Positions 6,473-16,256 of a DNA stretch of 64,000 nucleotides are shown here, one piece after another. The DNA is taken from the IMG/VR virus record IMGVR_UViG_3300034126_000020, positions 64,001 to 128,000 of that record, one strand, 5' to 3'. The stretch is from a virus (Duplodnaviria > Caudoviricetes). A program made the translations under genes and the position numbers. Every line of letters starts with the position of its first letter. Position 1 is the first letter of the stretch. The notes beneath the pieces were generated by a model. It was not told where the DNA came from. It did no database searches and saw only the letters and a list, made by a program, of their open reading frames with translations.

Positions 6473-9025
6473 TTAGGAGGCGCTGTACTCTTGTGTCTTC
6501 CACACACCAGGCTCCGGACGCATGACAACTGCACCAGTAGTCGTATCGACCATGGCACAGGTCCACCACGACGGGGTGTTCGCCGGGACGTTAGTGTTGG
6601 AGACCTTTAAGGCGTAGAACTTGCTTTCACTGACAGTGATCACAATGTTGCCACGACCGGGTTGGCTGGTGATTAACACACCATCCATTCTGAACTCGAA
6701 GATGTCATCCGCTTGACTGAACAACCGATACGTACCAGCCGGAATGTACAGGTTAGCGTAGTAGTCGAGTTTGAAGTTGCCTGGGACTGACTCAGTTCCA
6801 TAGACCGGTGAGTAGGCCAACCACTTGAAGTCCATGGCCAAGCCAGTCACAGGGTTGATCGGCTTCCAGATCCCATACCCACCATCATCCGCTGCCCATG
6901 CACGACCTGTCGCGTAGTCCTTTACCGCAGCGTTAGGCAAGACAATGGATGCCAAGCCCGTGTCCTTGAAGTAGTCACGCATCAGCTTCAGGTTGTTGGG
7001 CATGTTCAGCACCAACTTGATCCCCAGCCACGGAACCGTGGAGGCAATCTCATCAATGACGGTCTTCATGGCTTTGATCGGCGTCATCGTAGGCTTGTAA
7101 GCCCGGATGATCTTCATTACGTCCCCCAACGCTCGAAGATTGCTGATGTCTGGCTGGAACCGATTGATGGTGATCCCACTGCTGTAACTGATTGGTGAAG
7201 CAATCACGACACTGAATGCGTCATTGTTCTTCACGGCCACTGGACCGACACCACCATTGTCCCAAGCTTGTGTCAGGACGCCTGCGGCGGTCAAACCGAT
7301 ACTGCCTACCTTGACACCATTCTTCATCACGTTGCCCGTAGCCGCAACCCCAGGGTTACCACTGAGCGCGACATTGATCAACGATTGGTTCTTCGCTCCG
7401 ACGTTAAGCTTTTGACCGTTGTCGGCTGTCAGAACCCCATCCGTAAAGGACAGTTTGAAGTTCACCACGTTGTATTCGATCTTGAACGGGATGATCTCAC
7501 CGTTGTTCAAGATGGCCGACACTCGGATGATGGTCTTCCCGTTACCAATGGCAAACGGTTGGACTTGACCTGGAGCTACCGGAGTAAAGGTAGCCACCTG
7601 CACTCGGCTCTCGGAAGCACCAGCGTTGATGCTTTCGTCGTTGGTCATACCTGCATACAACGGGTGATCACCGTAAGTGCTTCGCAGGAACCCGACGTTG
7701 ACCGGAGTACGATCGTAGTTACCGCTGAAGTACGCACCGAACTGGACAATCACTTTGTTTGCAGTGGCAAAGAAAGCACCCGTGGCCAGCGGATAAGCTT
7801 GCGAGATGTTCGTCAGCACAGGACCGTGGTCTGTGACAAAGATCAGACCATTCCCTGCTTCGCGATAAGTCACCAATGCCTGAACTGCTGCGTCGGTGAT
7901 TGCTGCGAATGTAGAGAACGCGGACGACATGAAGAACACACAGGCGTACTGGTCAAGCTCAGCGACTGTAGGGTTCAGTTGCGTACCGGTGTAGTCAGAC
8001 ACGTCTTTGAAGGTGGGCGTGAACCCAACTGCTGCGCAAAGCCGAGTGAGGCTGGTGAAGAACCCTGTCCCATCCGTACCTTTGATAGCGTAGTTCGACG
8101 CGGCTAGCGCATCCCCAAGGATCAGGATCTTGCGATTGCCTGCTGTCACCTTCTTGGGGTTGGCTGTCCAGATAATCGCGTTGTACAGGTACTTAAAGCT
8201 GGCGGTAAGCTGCCCACGAGGGTCGTAGAGCACCTTAACGAGGTTGGTGTAACCCGATGCCCCGACTTCAGTTGAAGAGTTGCCAGGGAGGTCGAGAACG
8301 TCCTTAAACAAGGTCGCCTTGATCGCCCCGTTACGGTCGATGATGTACACGTCGCGAAAACGTGTAGCAAAGTCACCAGCCGTCTCACCTTCGTACGCCA
8401 ACGACCACCTGATGAACGTATGGCCAGCGCACGGACTCAGGTCAAACTCACGGTGGTACCATTGGTTGACCGCCCGGTTACCAAGGTTAGTAGCCGGGTG
8501 AGGGCTCAGGCCGTTCTGGTCCTTGATCACAGAGGAGGCTTGTCCCCAATCCCGCAACGAGTATTGAGTACTCACGCCTGGATCAGCGTTGGTCACCGCA
8601 TCAATGCCCACTCGAGCATCGATACTGTTCTGCGCCATGTCGTACACCAACTTATCACCGGTCGCAATGGTGACGTTCTTGTTGGTGAAGGCGTTGTAGT
8701 AGTACAGGTTAGTTCCTGCACCAGCGCCTTGACACGTCGCTCGGAACTCCATGGAGATCGAGGCGTTGATGCCTTGGATAGGAGCAACGCTATTGTAAAG
8801 CTTCGGGAAGCCCCCATCGTAGACCACGTTACCGTTACCATCCTGCGTCACCGCAATGAATGGGTTTGGTGGAACGAGCTGGTCGTACGCCACGTACTTG
8901 GAGATGGACGGAGGGGCGCCGTTGACGCTGAACTGCAAGCTCTGAACGTTACCGCTCAGGATCATCTTGGCAGTGAACGGTGAGAGGTAATAGCCCTCTG
9001 CAACGTCAAATGAAATATCGGCCAT
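6473..9025 (-). CDS. large mosaic tail-fibre/virion protein, 850 aa
   Basis: GNVVYDGGFPKLYN…FKYLYNAIIW motif split by an insert; alpha/beta domain; C-terminal YANLYIPAGTYRLFSQADD (PA14-like); lies in the fibre operon. Confidence 0.65.
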   Translation of the reverse strand: MADISFDVAEGYYLSPFTAKMILSGNVQSLQFSVNGAPPSISKYVAYDQLVPPNPFIAVTQDGNGNVVYDGGFPKLYNSVAPIQGINASISMEFRATCQGAGAGTNLYYYNAFTNKNVTIATGDKLVYDMAQNSIDARVGIDAVTNADPGVSTQYSLRDWGQASSVIKDQNGLSPHPATNLGNRAVNQWYHREFDLSPCAGHTFIRWSLAYEGETAGDFATRFRDVYIIDRNGAIKATLFKDVLDLPGNSSTEVGASGYTNLVKVLYDPRGQLTASFKYLYNAIIWTANPKKVTAGNRKILILGDALAASNYAIKGTDGTGFFTSLTRLCAAVGFTPTFKDVSDYTGTQLNPTVAELDQYACVFFMSSAFSTFAAITDAAVQALVTYREAGNGLIFVTDHGPVLTNISQAYPLATGAFFATANKVIVQFGAYFSGNYDRTPVNVGFLRSTYGDHPLYAGMTNDESINAGASESRVQVATFTPVAPGQVQPFAIGNGKTIIRVSAILNNGEIIPFKIEYNVVNFKLSFTDGVLTADNGQKLNVGAKNQSLINVALSGNPGVAATGNVMKNGVKVGSIGLTAAGVLTQAWDNGGVGPVAVKNNDAFSVVIASPISYSSGITINRFQPDISNLRALGDVMKIIRAYKPTMTPIKAMKTVIDEIASTVPWLGIKLVLNMPNNLKLMRDYFKDTGLASIVLPNAAVKDYATGRAWAADDGGYGIWKPINPVTGLAMDFKWLAYSPVYGTESVPGNFKLDYYANLYIPAGTYRLFSQADDIFEFRMDGVLITSQPGRGNIVITVSESKFYALKVSNTNVPANTPSWWTCAMVDTTTGAVVMRPEPGVWKTQEYSAS

Positions 9026-9035
9026 GACTCAGTCC

Positions 9036-9950
9036 TTAAAGTGGGTGCACGAGGACTTTGACGTAGAGGTCGATAGCCCCGCCGGATTGGTTGGCGATGA
9101 TCACGTAGCGTTCATCCTTGATGCCGTAGCTGACGAAGGCTTCAGCGTTGGCGTACGCATTGAGCAGCGGCGAAGAACCGTTGGTCTCTTTGACCCGCAC
9201 GCAGATCTCAGCCGTCTTCTTGTCGAAGGCAGCATGTCCTGCACCCAACAGGGTCTGCAAGTCGTACTGCTTAACACCATCAACCGCTACCGTGACGTAC
9301 TCGTTGACTGCGATAGCAGTCTGGGCCTTGATGTCGATCAGAGTGACACCGGTGATACGCCCTTTGGCATCCACGGTCATCTGAGGGATCTGGGTCGCCC
9401 CGCCGTAAGTACCTGCCGTCACACCCGACACAGCCAATGTGAAAGCCGCCGTGACGTTAGCGTTACCGTCGAAGTTGACAGTCCAAGCACCATCGCCTGT
9501 GAGGCTGATAGAGCGTGCGGTAGCCAGTCGGGCAGGCAAAGGGATACGTGCAGCGTTGAACACGCCAGTACCGACCTTAGACGCGTCCAGAGATGGGATA
9601 CGGGCTGGGTCAAATGCACCGGTGGCAATCTTGGCTGCATCAAGCGCTGGGATGTCCGCAGCGATCAACAACTCACCATTCACCACTTGGCCTTTGGCGT
9701 TGATGGTGACCTTGGGGTAAGTCCCCGCCGATGCGATGTTGGGGAGCGTGACGGCAATGCCGACGTTGGCCCCACCGTGGATGCTGGCAGAACCGACGGC
9801 ATCGTTAGTGAGGGACAGAGTGAATGGGTTGGTCAAACGGGCAGCGCTTACAGAGGCGGCGCCCTTATCGAGCTTGCTGTCCACCCGCAGAGCAATAGCG
9901 GTCAACAAACCCGCGAGTTTCGTTTTCAGTATATCGAGGCTGGGCGGCAT
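9036..9950 (-). CDS. tail fibre protein
   Basis: IPALDAAKIATG / IPSLDASKVGTG repeats; ARSISLTGD…FDGNANV and AGTY…VT(I/V)xAKGR/Q duplicated fibre motifs. Confidence 0.85.
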   Translation of the reverse strand: MPPSLDILKTKLAGLLTAIALRVDSKLDKGAASVSAARLTNPFTLSLTNDAVGSASIHGGANVGIAVTLPNIASAGTYPKVTINAKGQVVNGELLIAADIPALDAAKIATGAFDPARIPSLDASKVGTGVFNAARIPLPARLATARSISLTGDGAWTVNFDGNANVTAAFTLAVSGVTAGTYGGATQIPQMTVDAKGRITGVTLIDIKAQTAIAVNEYVTVAVDGVKQYDLQTLLGAGHAAFDKKTAEICVRVKETNGSSPLLNAYANAEAFVSYGIKDERYVIIANQSGGAIDLYVKVLVHPL

Positions 9951-9999
9951 GATTTACTACCTTGGTTGAGCCAGTGACGGCCGTTAAAAAGAATCTGTA

Positions 10000-10021
10000 C
10001 ATATGGATACCTTGGAAAAAA
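10000..10021 (-). promoter_or_regulatory. putative late promoter of the fibre operon
   Basis: minus strand TTTTTT-CCAAG-GTATCC-A-TATG, 50 bp upstream of the 9950 start. Confidence 0.55.
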
Positions 10022-10033
10022 TAAATGGTGAGA

Positions 10034-10063
10034 CGGCATAGAGGCGGGCCTAGGCCCGCCTCT
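10034..10063 (-). terminator. terminator
   Basis: perfect 24-bp palindrome AGAGGCGGGCCTAGGCCCGCCTCT, then ATGCCG on minus strand. Confidence 0.8.
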
Positions 10064-10065
10064 TA

Positions 10066-10902
10066 TTAATGACGACGGCTCTCTTCCCAACGGGTGAGAG
10101 TTGTACGGTGCCAGAATGGCGAACGACCTTTGTAGCGATCAGGGACTGGGAACACTGGAGCGTCACCTGGAACACGCCCATCGCGATAGCGAGTGAGGGT
10201 GGTGTCGGAGATGTTCAAGCGATCACAGACTGCTCGGATACTCAGGAAGTCTTGCCAACCTTCATTGAACGAACGCGAGTAGAACTGGTCAATGGAATCC
10301 ACTTCATCATTGATGGCTTCAGCCCATTGGCGGTTCATGGCCGCGTGTGCTTGCTTAGGCAGGCTGTCAATGAAGTGCCGTGCTTTGCCAGTGACCATCT
10401 GCAAGATGCTCTTGAAGCGGGTGACCGTCCCTTGACGCAGGATGGACCCATCGACCTGAATACCGGCAACCAGACAGTCAATCGCTAGCAGGACAGAGTC
10501 GTTGACAATACGCAGACCTACCTTCATTCCTCCATTGCCATGGAAGATCACCAACTCATGCTGCGCCCGAGGTCCGAAGATCTCATCGTTAGCGCCGTGA
10601 TGCTCGACCACACGGTGTACGTCACGGATCATGTTGGTGTAGACCTCCATCATGAGCAGCTCTTTACCCCAGACGTGCAGGTGTTCGTGCTGACGGATGG
10701 AATCGATCTTTTCGGCAGGTACCAACGCCAAGGCATTCCCTGTTAGAAACTCTTCAAGCTGGTACATCGTGTCCTTCCCCCGCTCAGCAGGAACCACAGT
10801 GCGGATGATCTCCACACGGTTGTGTTCCTTGTTGAACTGGAGGATGCCTTGTGCTGTCTTTACGTTCATGATGGTTCTCACATGGTGAGGAAAGGAGGAC
10901 AT
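10066..10902 (-). CDS. protein with C-terminal AlpA/excisionase-like HTH
   Basis: FLSIRAVCDRLNISDTTLTRYR…FPVP…GRSPFWHRTTLTRWEE; strong AGGAGG RBS. Confidence 0.7.
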   Translation of the reverse strand: MSSFPHHVRTIMNVKTAQGILQFNKEHNRVEIIRTVVPAERGKDTMYQLEEFLTGNALALVPAEKIDSIRQHEHLHVWGKELLMMEVYTNMIRDVHRVVEHHGANDEIFGPRAQHELVIFHGNGGMKVGLRIVNDSVLLAIDCLVAGIQVDGSILRQGTVTRFKSILQMVTGKARHFIDSLPKQAHAAMNRQWAEAINDEVDSIDQFYSRSFNEGWQDFLSIRAVCDRLNISDTTLTRYRDGRVPGDAPVFPVPDRYKGRSPFWHRTTLTRWEESRRH

Positions 10903-10917
10903 TGGCCCTCCTTCCTA

Positions 10918-11154
10918 TTACTTGGTGTACAGCGGATATCGGCACTGACCTACAATCGAGTAGATCGAGTCAGGGGCGACGCCGTGTTCTTTCTGAGCAT
11001 ACGCCTTGAGGCGCTTGACGGCCCATTCTTTATCAACAGTAGCTCGTGCTTTGAACCAGAAGCTTGCCTGGATCGACAGAACGTGCGTATCGCTACGCAC
11101 GGTGTAGTCAGGACGAGCGTTGGCAATTGGCACGATCAGTTTGAGATCAGCCAT
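10918..11154 (-). CDS. hypothetical protein
   Basis: 78 aa, RBS, part of a tight minus-strand array. Confidence 0.6.
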   Translation of the reverse strand: MADLKLIVPIANARPDYTVRSDTHVLSIQASFWFKARATVDKEWAVKRLKAYAQKEHGVAPDSIYSIVGQCRYPLYTK

Positions 11155-11162
11155 GATGCCCC

Positions 11163-11483
11163 CTAGAAGAATACTTCGCCACCCAAATCGTGGAGGTAGA
11201 AGTACGCTTCCCTGTAACTGACACTGTCCACCACAAAGCCAAAGCCGGTTGGCAGTGCTGAGAGGGGATGGTATCCGATGGCGTTGATGAAGAAGGCCTG
11301 CTCAGGGTCTTTTACGATCCGATAGGCTTTGCCCGGCTTGAACCGGTCGACCTTGATCTGGCTCAGGTCTTTGACCTTCTTGAGCTGGACCTTGATCAGG
11401 GTACCCTTGCCGAAACTGGCTTGACGCAGGTCAACGATGGCTTCGTCATCCGGCTCTTCAACAGCAGGAGTCAGATTAGTCAT
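11163..11483 (-). CDS. hypothetical protein
   Basis: start re-set to MTNLTPAVEE (overlaps upstream stop). Confidence 0.6.
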   Translation of the reverse strand: MTNLTPAVEEPDDEAIVDLRQASFGKGTLIKVQLKKVKDLSQIKVDRFKPGKAYRIVKDPEQAFFINAIGYHPLSALPTGFGFVVDSVSYREAYFYLHDLGGEVFF

Positions 11484-11736
11484 CGTCGCCACCGTCGAGT
11501 TCCCGGTCGAGTTCGCGCTGCTCTTGCTCTTCCGTAGCACGGATAGAAGCCGCTGCATCAGCGTCGTCTTCTGCGTGGATGGCTTCATCCAGATAGATGT
11601 CGCGGATTTGTTGAGGTGTCTTGTTGGCGAATTCGCCGGATGCAACACGGGCATCGAAATCCTCCATGGCGTCGACTTGGAAGTCTTCACCCGCATCAAT
11701 GATCTTCTGGGAAAACGGTTTGTCTTGGTCTGGCAT
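11476..11736 (-). CDS. acidic hypothetical protein
   Basis: start re-set to MPDQDKPF with GGAG RBS; D/E-rich. Confidence 0.6.
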   Translation of the reverse strand: MPDQDKPFSQKIIDAGEDFQVDAMEDFDARVASGEFANKTPQQIRDIYLDEAIHAEDDADAAASIRATEEQEQRELDRELDGGDDD

Positions 11737-11746
11737 GTTATCTCCG

Positions 11747-12010
11747 TTAGCGGTGGAAGCCACCGCGTGTGAGGTGAGGGATTCGCTGGCTGCGCGGAAG
11801 GCGCTTGGGTTCCAGCGTTGGGATGCGTTGGTAGATCGGGTTGGGCACTTCATAATGCACCGTCACCTGATCGCCCGGTTCAATTCCCGCTGGCATGTGC
11901 ACATGACCATGCTCATCAGTACGAGCGTAGTAATGTTTCCCGTTATCCGGGACATGCTCAGCGTATTGAAACTCTACGGGGTTAATGAGAAGCTGTTTGA
12001 TCTGGTTCAC
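11747..12010 (-). CDS. hypothetical protein
   Basis: GTGA overlap with upstream stop. Confidence 0.55.
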   Translation of the reverse strand: MNQIKQLLINPVEFQYAEHVPDNGKHYYARTDEHGHVHMPAGIEPGDQVTVHYEVPNPIYQRIPTLEPKRLPRSQRIPHLTRGGFHR

Positions 12011-12375
12011 GCCATGTTCTCCAGCAATTCGGTGAAACGGTTGTTCAGCTTTACGATGTCCTCCTTCTCGAAGATGAGGAATTGGACTTCGTCTCCATCG
12101 TAGTGACCATCTCGGCCAGTGTAGTGAAAGTCAGTGGGTACCGACATTGCAGGGTTCTTCACCATGGCGAAGATATTGTCCCACAATTCATCAGAACCAC
12201 CACACTCCATGGCACCGGTGCCAGAGATAGCATCGTAGTTCCAGTCGTTGTGGTTTTGACCTTCACTGTGTGGGTACTTGATGAAGACACCTTCTTCGGG
12301 AGAACCTTTGTGTACCTTCGAGTACAGGACTTGGCCTGGAAGGGCTAAGAACTCTGCACGGTTAACAATGCGCAT
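12007..12375 (-). CDS. hypothetical protein
   Basis: 122 aa, GGAG RBS. Confidence 0.65.
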   Translation of the reverse strand: MRIVNRAEFLALPGQVLYSKVHKGSPEEGVFIKYPHSEGQNHNDWNYDAISGTGAMECGGSDELWDNIFAMVKNPAMSVPTDFHYTGRDGHYDGDEVQFLIFEKEDIVKLNNRFTELLENMA

Positions 12376-12695
12376 TTCAACTCCTTGACAAGTCGTTCTG
12401 CTTCGGCGTTCATCTCGTCTGTCATGTCACAATCAACATAACTCGCGTAGCCACGCCAAGACTGCCGGTCTTCATCGAAGTCATCCAGTCGACGTTCAAT
12501 GGTTTCACGCAGCGGTTCATAGACAGCCAAGATAGGAGCGAACTGCTCCTTGGTCAAACGAGGGCGCTCAGGGATGTTCCCAAGCGCCTCCGCAAACCCT
12601 AGGCTGATGTTGTTCTCGGGGGCTTCATCGACAACGAGGTTCCATTGCCATGCGACGAAGTCCTCAAGTTTGTACCCAGGGATACTGCTCATCAC
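12345..12695 (-). CDS. hypothetical protein
   Basis: 116 aa, in array. Confidence 0.6.
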   Translation of the reverse strand: MMSSIPGYKLEDFVAWQWNLVVDEAPENNISLGFAEALGNIPERPRLTKEQFAPILAVYEPLRETIERRLDDFDEDRQSWRGYASYVDCDMTDEMNAEAERLVKELKCALLTVQSS

Positions 12696-12701
12696 GATCC
12701 C

Positions 12702-13055
12702 TCAGTCCATTGGCTCTTCTTCGTCAACCGGATCATTGCCTTCATCGCGCGACGGCGTCAACCACTGTACGAAGGCAGTGTCGTAGTTCTGAGGACGACC
12801 GTAGTCATCTGCCTGGTCGACATGAATGCCCTTGTCATTGACGATGTCGTACCCATCTTCGGACAACTGACCGAGTAGACCGTGCACACCTGCCGCTACG
12901 CCGAGGTTGTAGATGTGCATGTTCTCTGCGGTAACGGGGATCTTCTGTTCACCACGCGGATCGAAGAGGATCTCACCTTCGGTACCACAGGCTTGAGCAG
13001 CACGGCACTCACCGCGATGAACAGTCATCATCAAATCTTTCATTCGTTGGCGCAT
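12702..13055 (-). CDS. hypothetical protein
   Basis: TAATG coupling with upstream gene. Confidence 0.6.
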   Translation of the reverse strand: MRQRMKDLMMTVHRGECRAAQACGTEGEILFDPRGEQKIPVTAENMHIYNLGVAAGVHGLLGQLSEDGYDIVNDKGIHVDQADDYGRPQNYDTAFVQWLTPSRDEGNDPVDEEEPMD

Positions 13056-13987
13056 TACTTCAACTCCCAGAGCGGTTTGAGTTTCAGGTCCGTGACGAAC
13101 CCTTGGTTATGACGGACAGCCATCAGGTCCTCGTAGGTGATGAGGACCCCGCCACAATACTTGATGATGTAACGATGGAAGTCGTTACTCCGATCGAACG
13201 TTGGCTGCTCCTTCAGACCCCAGACACAGCCTGCCGCATGGCGCCCGTTACGAGAAGACAGCTCTTTGTATACGTGATCACGAAGAGGTCCACCCCAAGG
13301 GATCATGCCTTCGAAACGAGCCTTCTCGTGATACGCCATGACGCCTTCACAATCGCCCTGATTGGTCCACCAGATGTACTCACCGTTAGGATCGACATCC
13401 ACACCATTGACCGGATCTTTTAAGATTGACTGGGGACCCGTCCACATTTCCGTGAGCTGGTTGAAGCGACTCATGTCGACGTCACTGCGCAGCAATGCGT
13501 TGAAAGCCCGGAGTTGGTTGGAGTACCAGATGAACTCAGCTTGTTGCTTGTCCTTCACCTCCTGCGGGCCTTCCAGCCAGAGGTAGTGGAAGCGACGGTC
13601 GATCAGACGACGCATGCCGAAGTCCAGACGACTCATCAGAACCAATGCTTCTTGATTCTCAACGAACGCAAACTCGTCGCAGTACTTGCGGTGATTGTGG
13701 AAGAACTCGAACATCTCATCAATACGTTCCTCGGTGTCCTTGTCCATGACCTCCAGTGTCACCAGAGTCCAGTTAGGCAGTTCTTCGAGGATGAACGCGT
13801 TGAGATCGTCGTGCTGCTTCTGCAACGCTGCCACATCACCGACACGATCCGTATCCAGACCGCGGTTGTATTCGGTGATGAACGCAATCACATCGCCCCA
13901 GACGTGGAACGCATCTTTCTTACGGCTGACGAACTCGTGATGGAGTTCTCGCTGTTGCCAGTTCAGGGCATAAATAGCGTACGACAT
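13055..13987 (-). CDS. hypothetical protein
   Basis: 310 aa, GGAGG RBS. Confidence 0.7.
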   Translation of the reverse strand: MSYAIYALNWQQRELHHEFVSRKKDAFHVWGDVIAFITEYNRGLDTDRVGDVAALQKQHDDLNAFILEELPNWTLVTLEVMDKDTEERIDEMFEFFHNHRKYCDEFAFVENQEALVLMSRLDFGMRRLIDRRFHYLWLEGPQEVKDKQQAEFIWYSNQLRAFNALLRSDVDMSRFNQLTEMWTGPQSILKDPVNGVDVDPNGEYIWWTNQGDCEGVMAYHEKARFEGMIPWGGPLRDHVYKELSSRNGRHAAGCVWGLKEQPTFDRSNDFHRYIIKYCGGVLITYEDLMAVRHNQGFVTDLKLKPLWELK

Positions 13988-13988
13988 C

Positions 13989-14630
13989 TCAAGCCTCCTT
14001 CTGTTCAGTGGCCAGTGTCACAAAGCGCATGGATTGATGGAGCGTCGTGTACGCCTCCACCGATGTCTTGAGGACCTCGATGCAATCCTCGAACATCGAA
14101 GCCCCTGTGATGCTGACGCAGCGACGACTGTCACGGTCAATGTCCGCAATGATCCGACCAAGGTTCATGACAATGCCGTGTGGGTTACTGACCCGAGCCA
14201 ATGCCAAAGTGACGTTGCGATCATTGACGATCTCTCGTGCCTCGTCGATGAGGTGCTCAGTCTCAGGACTGTGGAACTTAACGACTTCCAGCTTGAGGCT
14301 GTCAAACGCCCGGAACAGCTGCTGATGGCAGTGCTCCATCTGAATGTCGTGTACCCCTGCGCCACCCATTGGATCGAACGCGGTGCCCGGGTATGGCTGG
14401 ACCTCATGAGTGTACATCAGCTCGAGGTCATCCGGCACCCGACGCTCTTCAGCATCACGGTGTTCTTTCACAATGAAGTTGAAGAGGTCCTGCTGGACAG
14501 CCAATGGGTCTTTACCAAACGTGGTAAATCGAGAGTCAATGATGGACCGGTAGTCGAGATGATCCGCCAGACCCTCGAGACCGAAGGATGCTGGGTTGTG
14601 ACCGGACAAGCGATAGATGGCATACGGCAT
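13989..14630 (-). CDS. hypothetical protein
   Basis: 213 aa; N-terminus MPYAIY resembles neighbour's MSYAIY. Confidence 0.7.
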   Translation of the reverse strand: MPYAIYRLSGHNPASFGLEGLADHLDYRSIIDSRFTTFGKDPLAVQQDLFNFIVKEHRDAEERRVPDDLELMYTHEVQPYPGTAFDPMGGAGVHDIQMEHCHQQLFRAFDSLKLEVVKFHSPETEHLIDEAREIVNDRNVTLALARVSNPHGIVMNLGRIIADIDRDSRRCVSITGASMFEDCIEVLKTSVEAYTTLHQSMRFVTLATEQKEA

Positions 14631-14648
14631 GGTGAGGTTCCTAGGTGT

Positions 14649-15320
14649 TTATTCGGTGGGTTTCGGTTCAGGCCATTCGACTTCAATGGACTTACCGTCA
14701 CGACGGTTTAAGCGATCAATGCTGAGCTTTAAGTAGTCTAGCAACACGATGCACTGGGCTGCATGGAACGTCACCTCCATGCGCTCTGTGAGAGCTTGAA
14801 GGACGATCGTTACCGATGTGCCGTCGACAGTGTGATTGACGTACTTGAAGCCCATGTCCTTCTGTGCAAAGAACATGATGCAATGAAACGGCAACGCTGG
14901 GTTGTTCGCCCCGTCGCCGAATTCATTGATGCAGTTCTCCAAGATGGTCAGTCCATCGACGTCGGTCTTGGGCACGGGTTGACGGCTGGGGAAGACTTCG
15001 ATCTTGCCAACCAACGGAAAGACTTCGTCCTTCTGCGGTATGCGGCAGTTGTAGAACTCGATCTCCCAAGACATCTTGCCATTATTAGGTTGCACAGGTA
15101 CAACAGCCGGCAACCACCAATCAGTGCACTGAGGCATGTCCAGATACCCGTGCCAGCCAGCGCAGATGCTCTGGCCTGCCAACGGATACATGAAGCCTGG
15201 AACGAAGGTCATGTCCGCGACCTTCTTGGCAAAGCCTTTCAGGTACTCCCGTTTGGCAGCGGATGTCGCCTCTGCCTTACGGTCGTTGAACGCAGCGAAA
15301 TCAATGACCTTGCTCATCAC
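14649..15320 (-). CDS. hypothetical protein
   Basis: 223 aa, GAGGTG RBS. Confidence 0.65.
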   Translation of the reverse strand: MMSKVIDFAAFNDRKAEATSAAKREYLKGFAKKVADMTFVPGFMYPLAGQSICAGWHGYLDMPQCTDWWLPAVVPVQPNNGKMSWEIEFYNCRIPQKDEVFPLVGKIEVFPSRQPVPKTDVDGLTILENCINEFGDGANNPALPFHCIMFFAQKDMGFKYVNHTVDGTSVTIVLQALTERMEVTFHAAQCIVLLDYLKLSIDRLNRRDGKSIEVEWPEPKPTE

Positions 15321-16248
15321 TCACCTCTGGAGGCAGTTCTTGCACGTAGCCAGTGTCGTACCCGTCTTCGCCAGGCAAGATGTTGTTCTTGTCGCCGACG
15401 AAGACCTGCATGTAACGGGTCATGCCGGCGTTGACAGCCCCCAACATGCGCGTCGTGGCGACATCGCCCATGATCTGTTCAGTGGCGACTGCCTTCAGCA
15501 ACTCACCAGCAGGACCGACCGTGTAACCTGGAATCGTGAAGGGCACGTTCTCAATGAACCCACCCGTTTCGATGGCCCACTTGGTGACCTTTGCCAACAT
15601 GGCCCCTGAGTTCTGGCCAGCATTGACAATCAGCACCTCGTAACCCAGTTTGCCTTGAGCGCCGTACGTGTAAGAGTACGAGGCCCATTTATCTTTCGGG
15701 TCGTTGGAGAAGACGTTCTGGACAGCAAACCCTTGCTCTGCGGTGGCCATGTCCTGATTACGCTTGAACCAGCTTTTGAACAGAGCCATCTTCTTCGTTT
15801 CGAAGCTACCGGCCTTGTGGTCACCGACCCAACGGAAATAGGTCTGACGATCAAAGTTCACATCGGTGATGAGTGGAGAACGGTACCCGGTGGCAAACAG
15901 TTCACGTTCGTACACCGACATCGCATTGAACTCTTTGTCACCAATCGCCTGCTGCAACCGCAACAGACAATCCGGACTTGGGACCAATTCAGCCTTCGGG
16001 TCGGCCTTCATGAAGAACCAATCGAAGTAGCTGTCGATCTTGTCCGGGATTACTTCAGCATCGCTGACTTCGTTAACCAGACCATTGTGGATCAGGGTTT
16101 CAATGAAGATTTCTTTACGCTCGCCAAGGGTTTCCTTACGAGCGATACCGTGACGTTGGAACGTCTCCCACTTTTCGTAAACGTCCAACGACGAATCGAC
16201 CACAAAGACGAGGAAACCCCAGATCGAGATGTAGGCATTCTTTTCCAT
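15301..16248 (-). CDS. hypothetical protein with DUF4262-like C-terminal domain
   Basis: YSYTYGA…GYEVLIV…QVFVGDKNNILPGEDGYD resembles DUF4262 FAYTxG…ELxx…QLxxPDxxGxxP. Confidence 0.5.
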   Translation of the reverse strand: MEKNAYISIWGFLVFVVDSSLDVYEKWETFQRHGIARKETLGERKEIFIETLIHNGLVNEVSDAEVIPDKIDSYFDWFFMKADPKAELVPSPDCLLRLQQAIGDKEFNAMSVYERELFATGYRSPLITDVNFDRQTYFRWVGDHKAGSFETKKMALFKSWFKRNQDMATAEQGFAVQNVFSNDPKDKWASYSYTYGAQGKLGYEVLIVNAGQNSGAMLAKVTKWAIETGGFIENVPFTIPGYTVGPAGELLKAVATEQIMGDVATTRMLGAVNAGMTRYMQVFVGDKNNILPGEDGYDTGYVQELPPEVSDEQGH

Positions 16249-16256
16249 GATGGACC

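Noticed and set aside
6464-6475. 850-aa fibre gene and DUF1353 are in frame across one TAA
   Set aside because: DUF1353 has its own AAGGA RBS and is normally stand-alone; in-frame adjacency occurs by chance about 1 in 3
10066-10902. Prophage excision module
   Set aside because: No integrase or att-like repeat recognised; the context is a lytic-type jumbo phage
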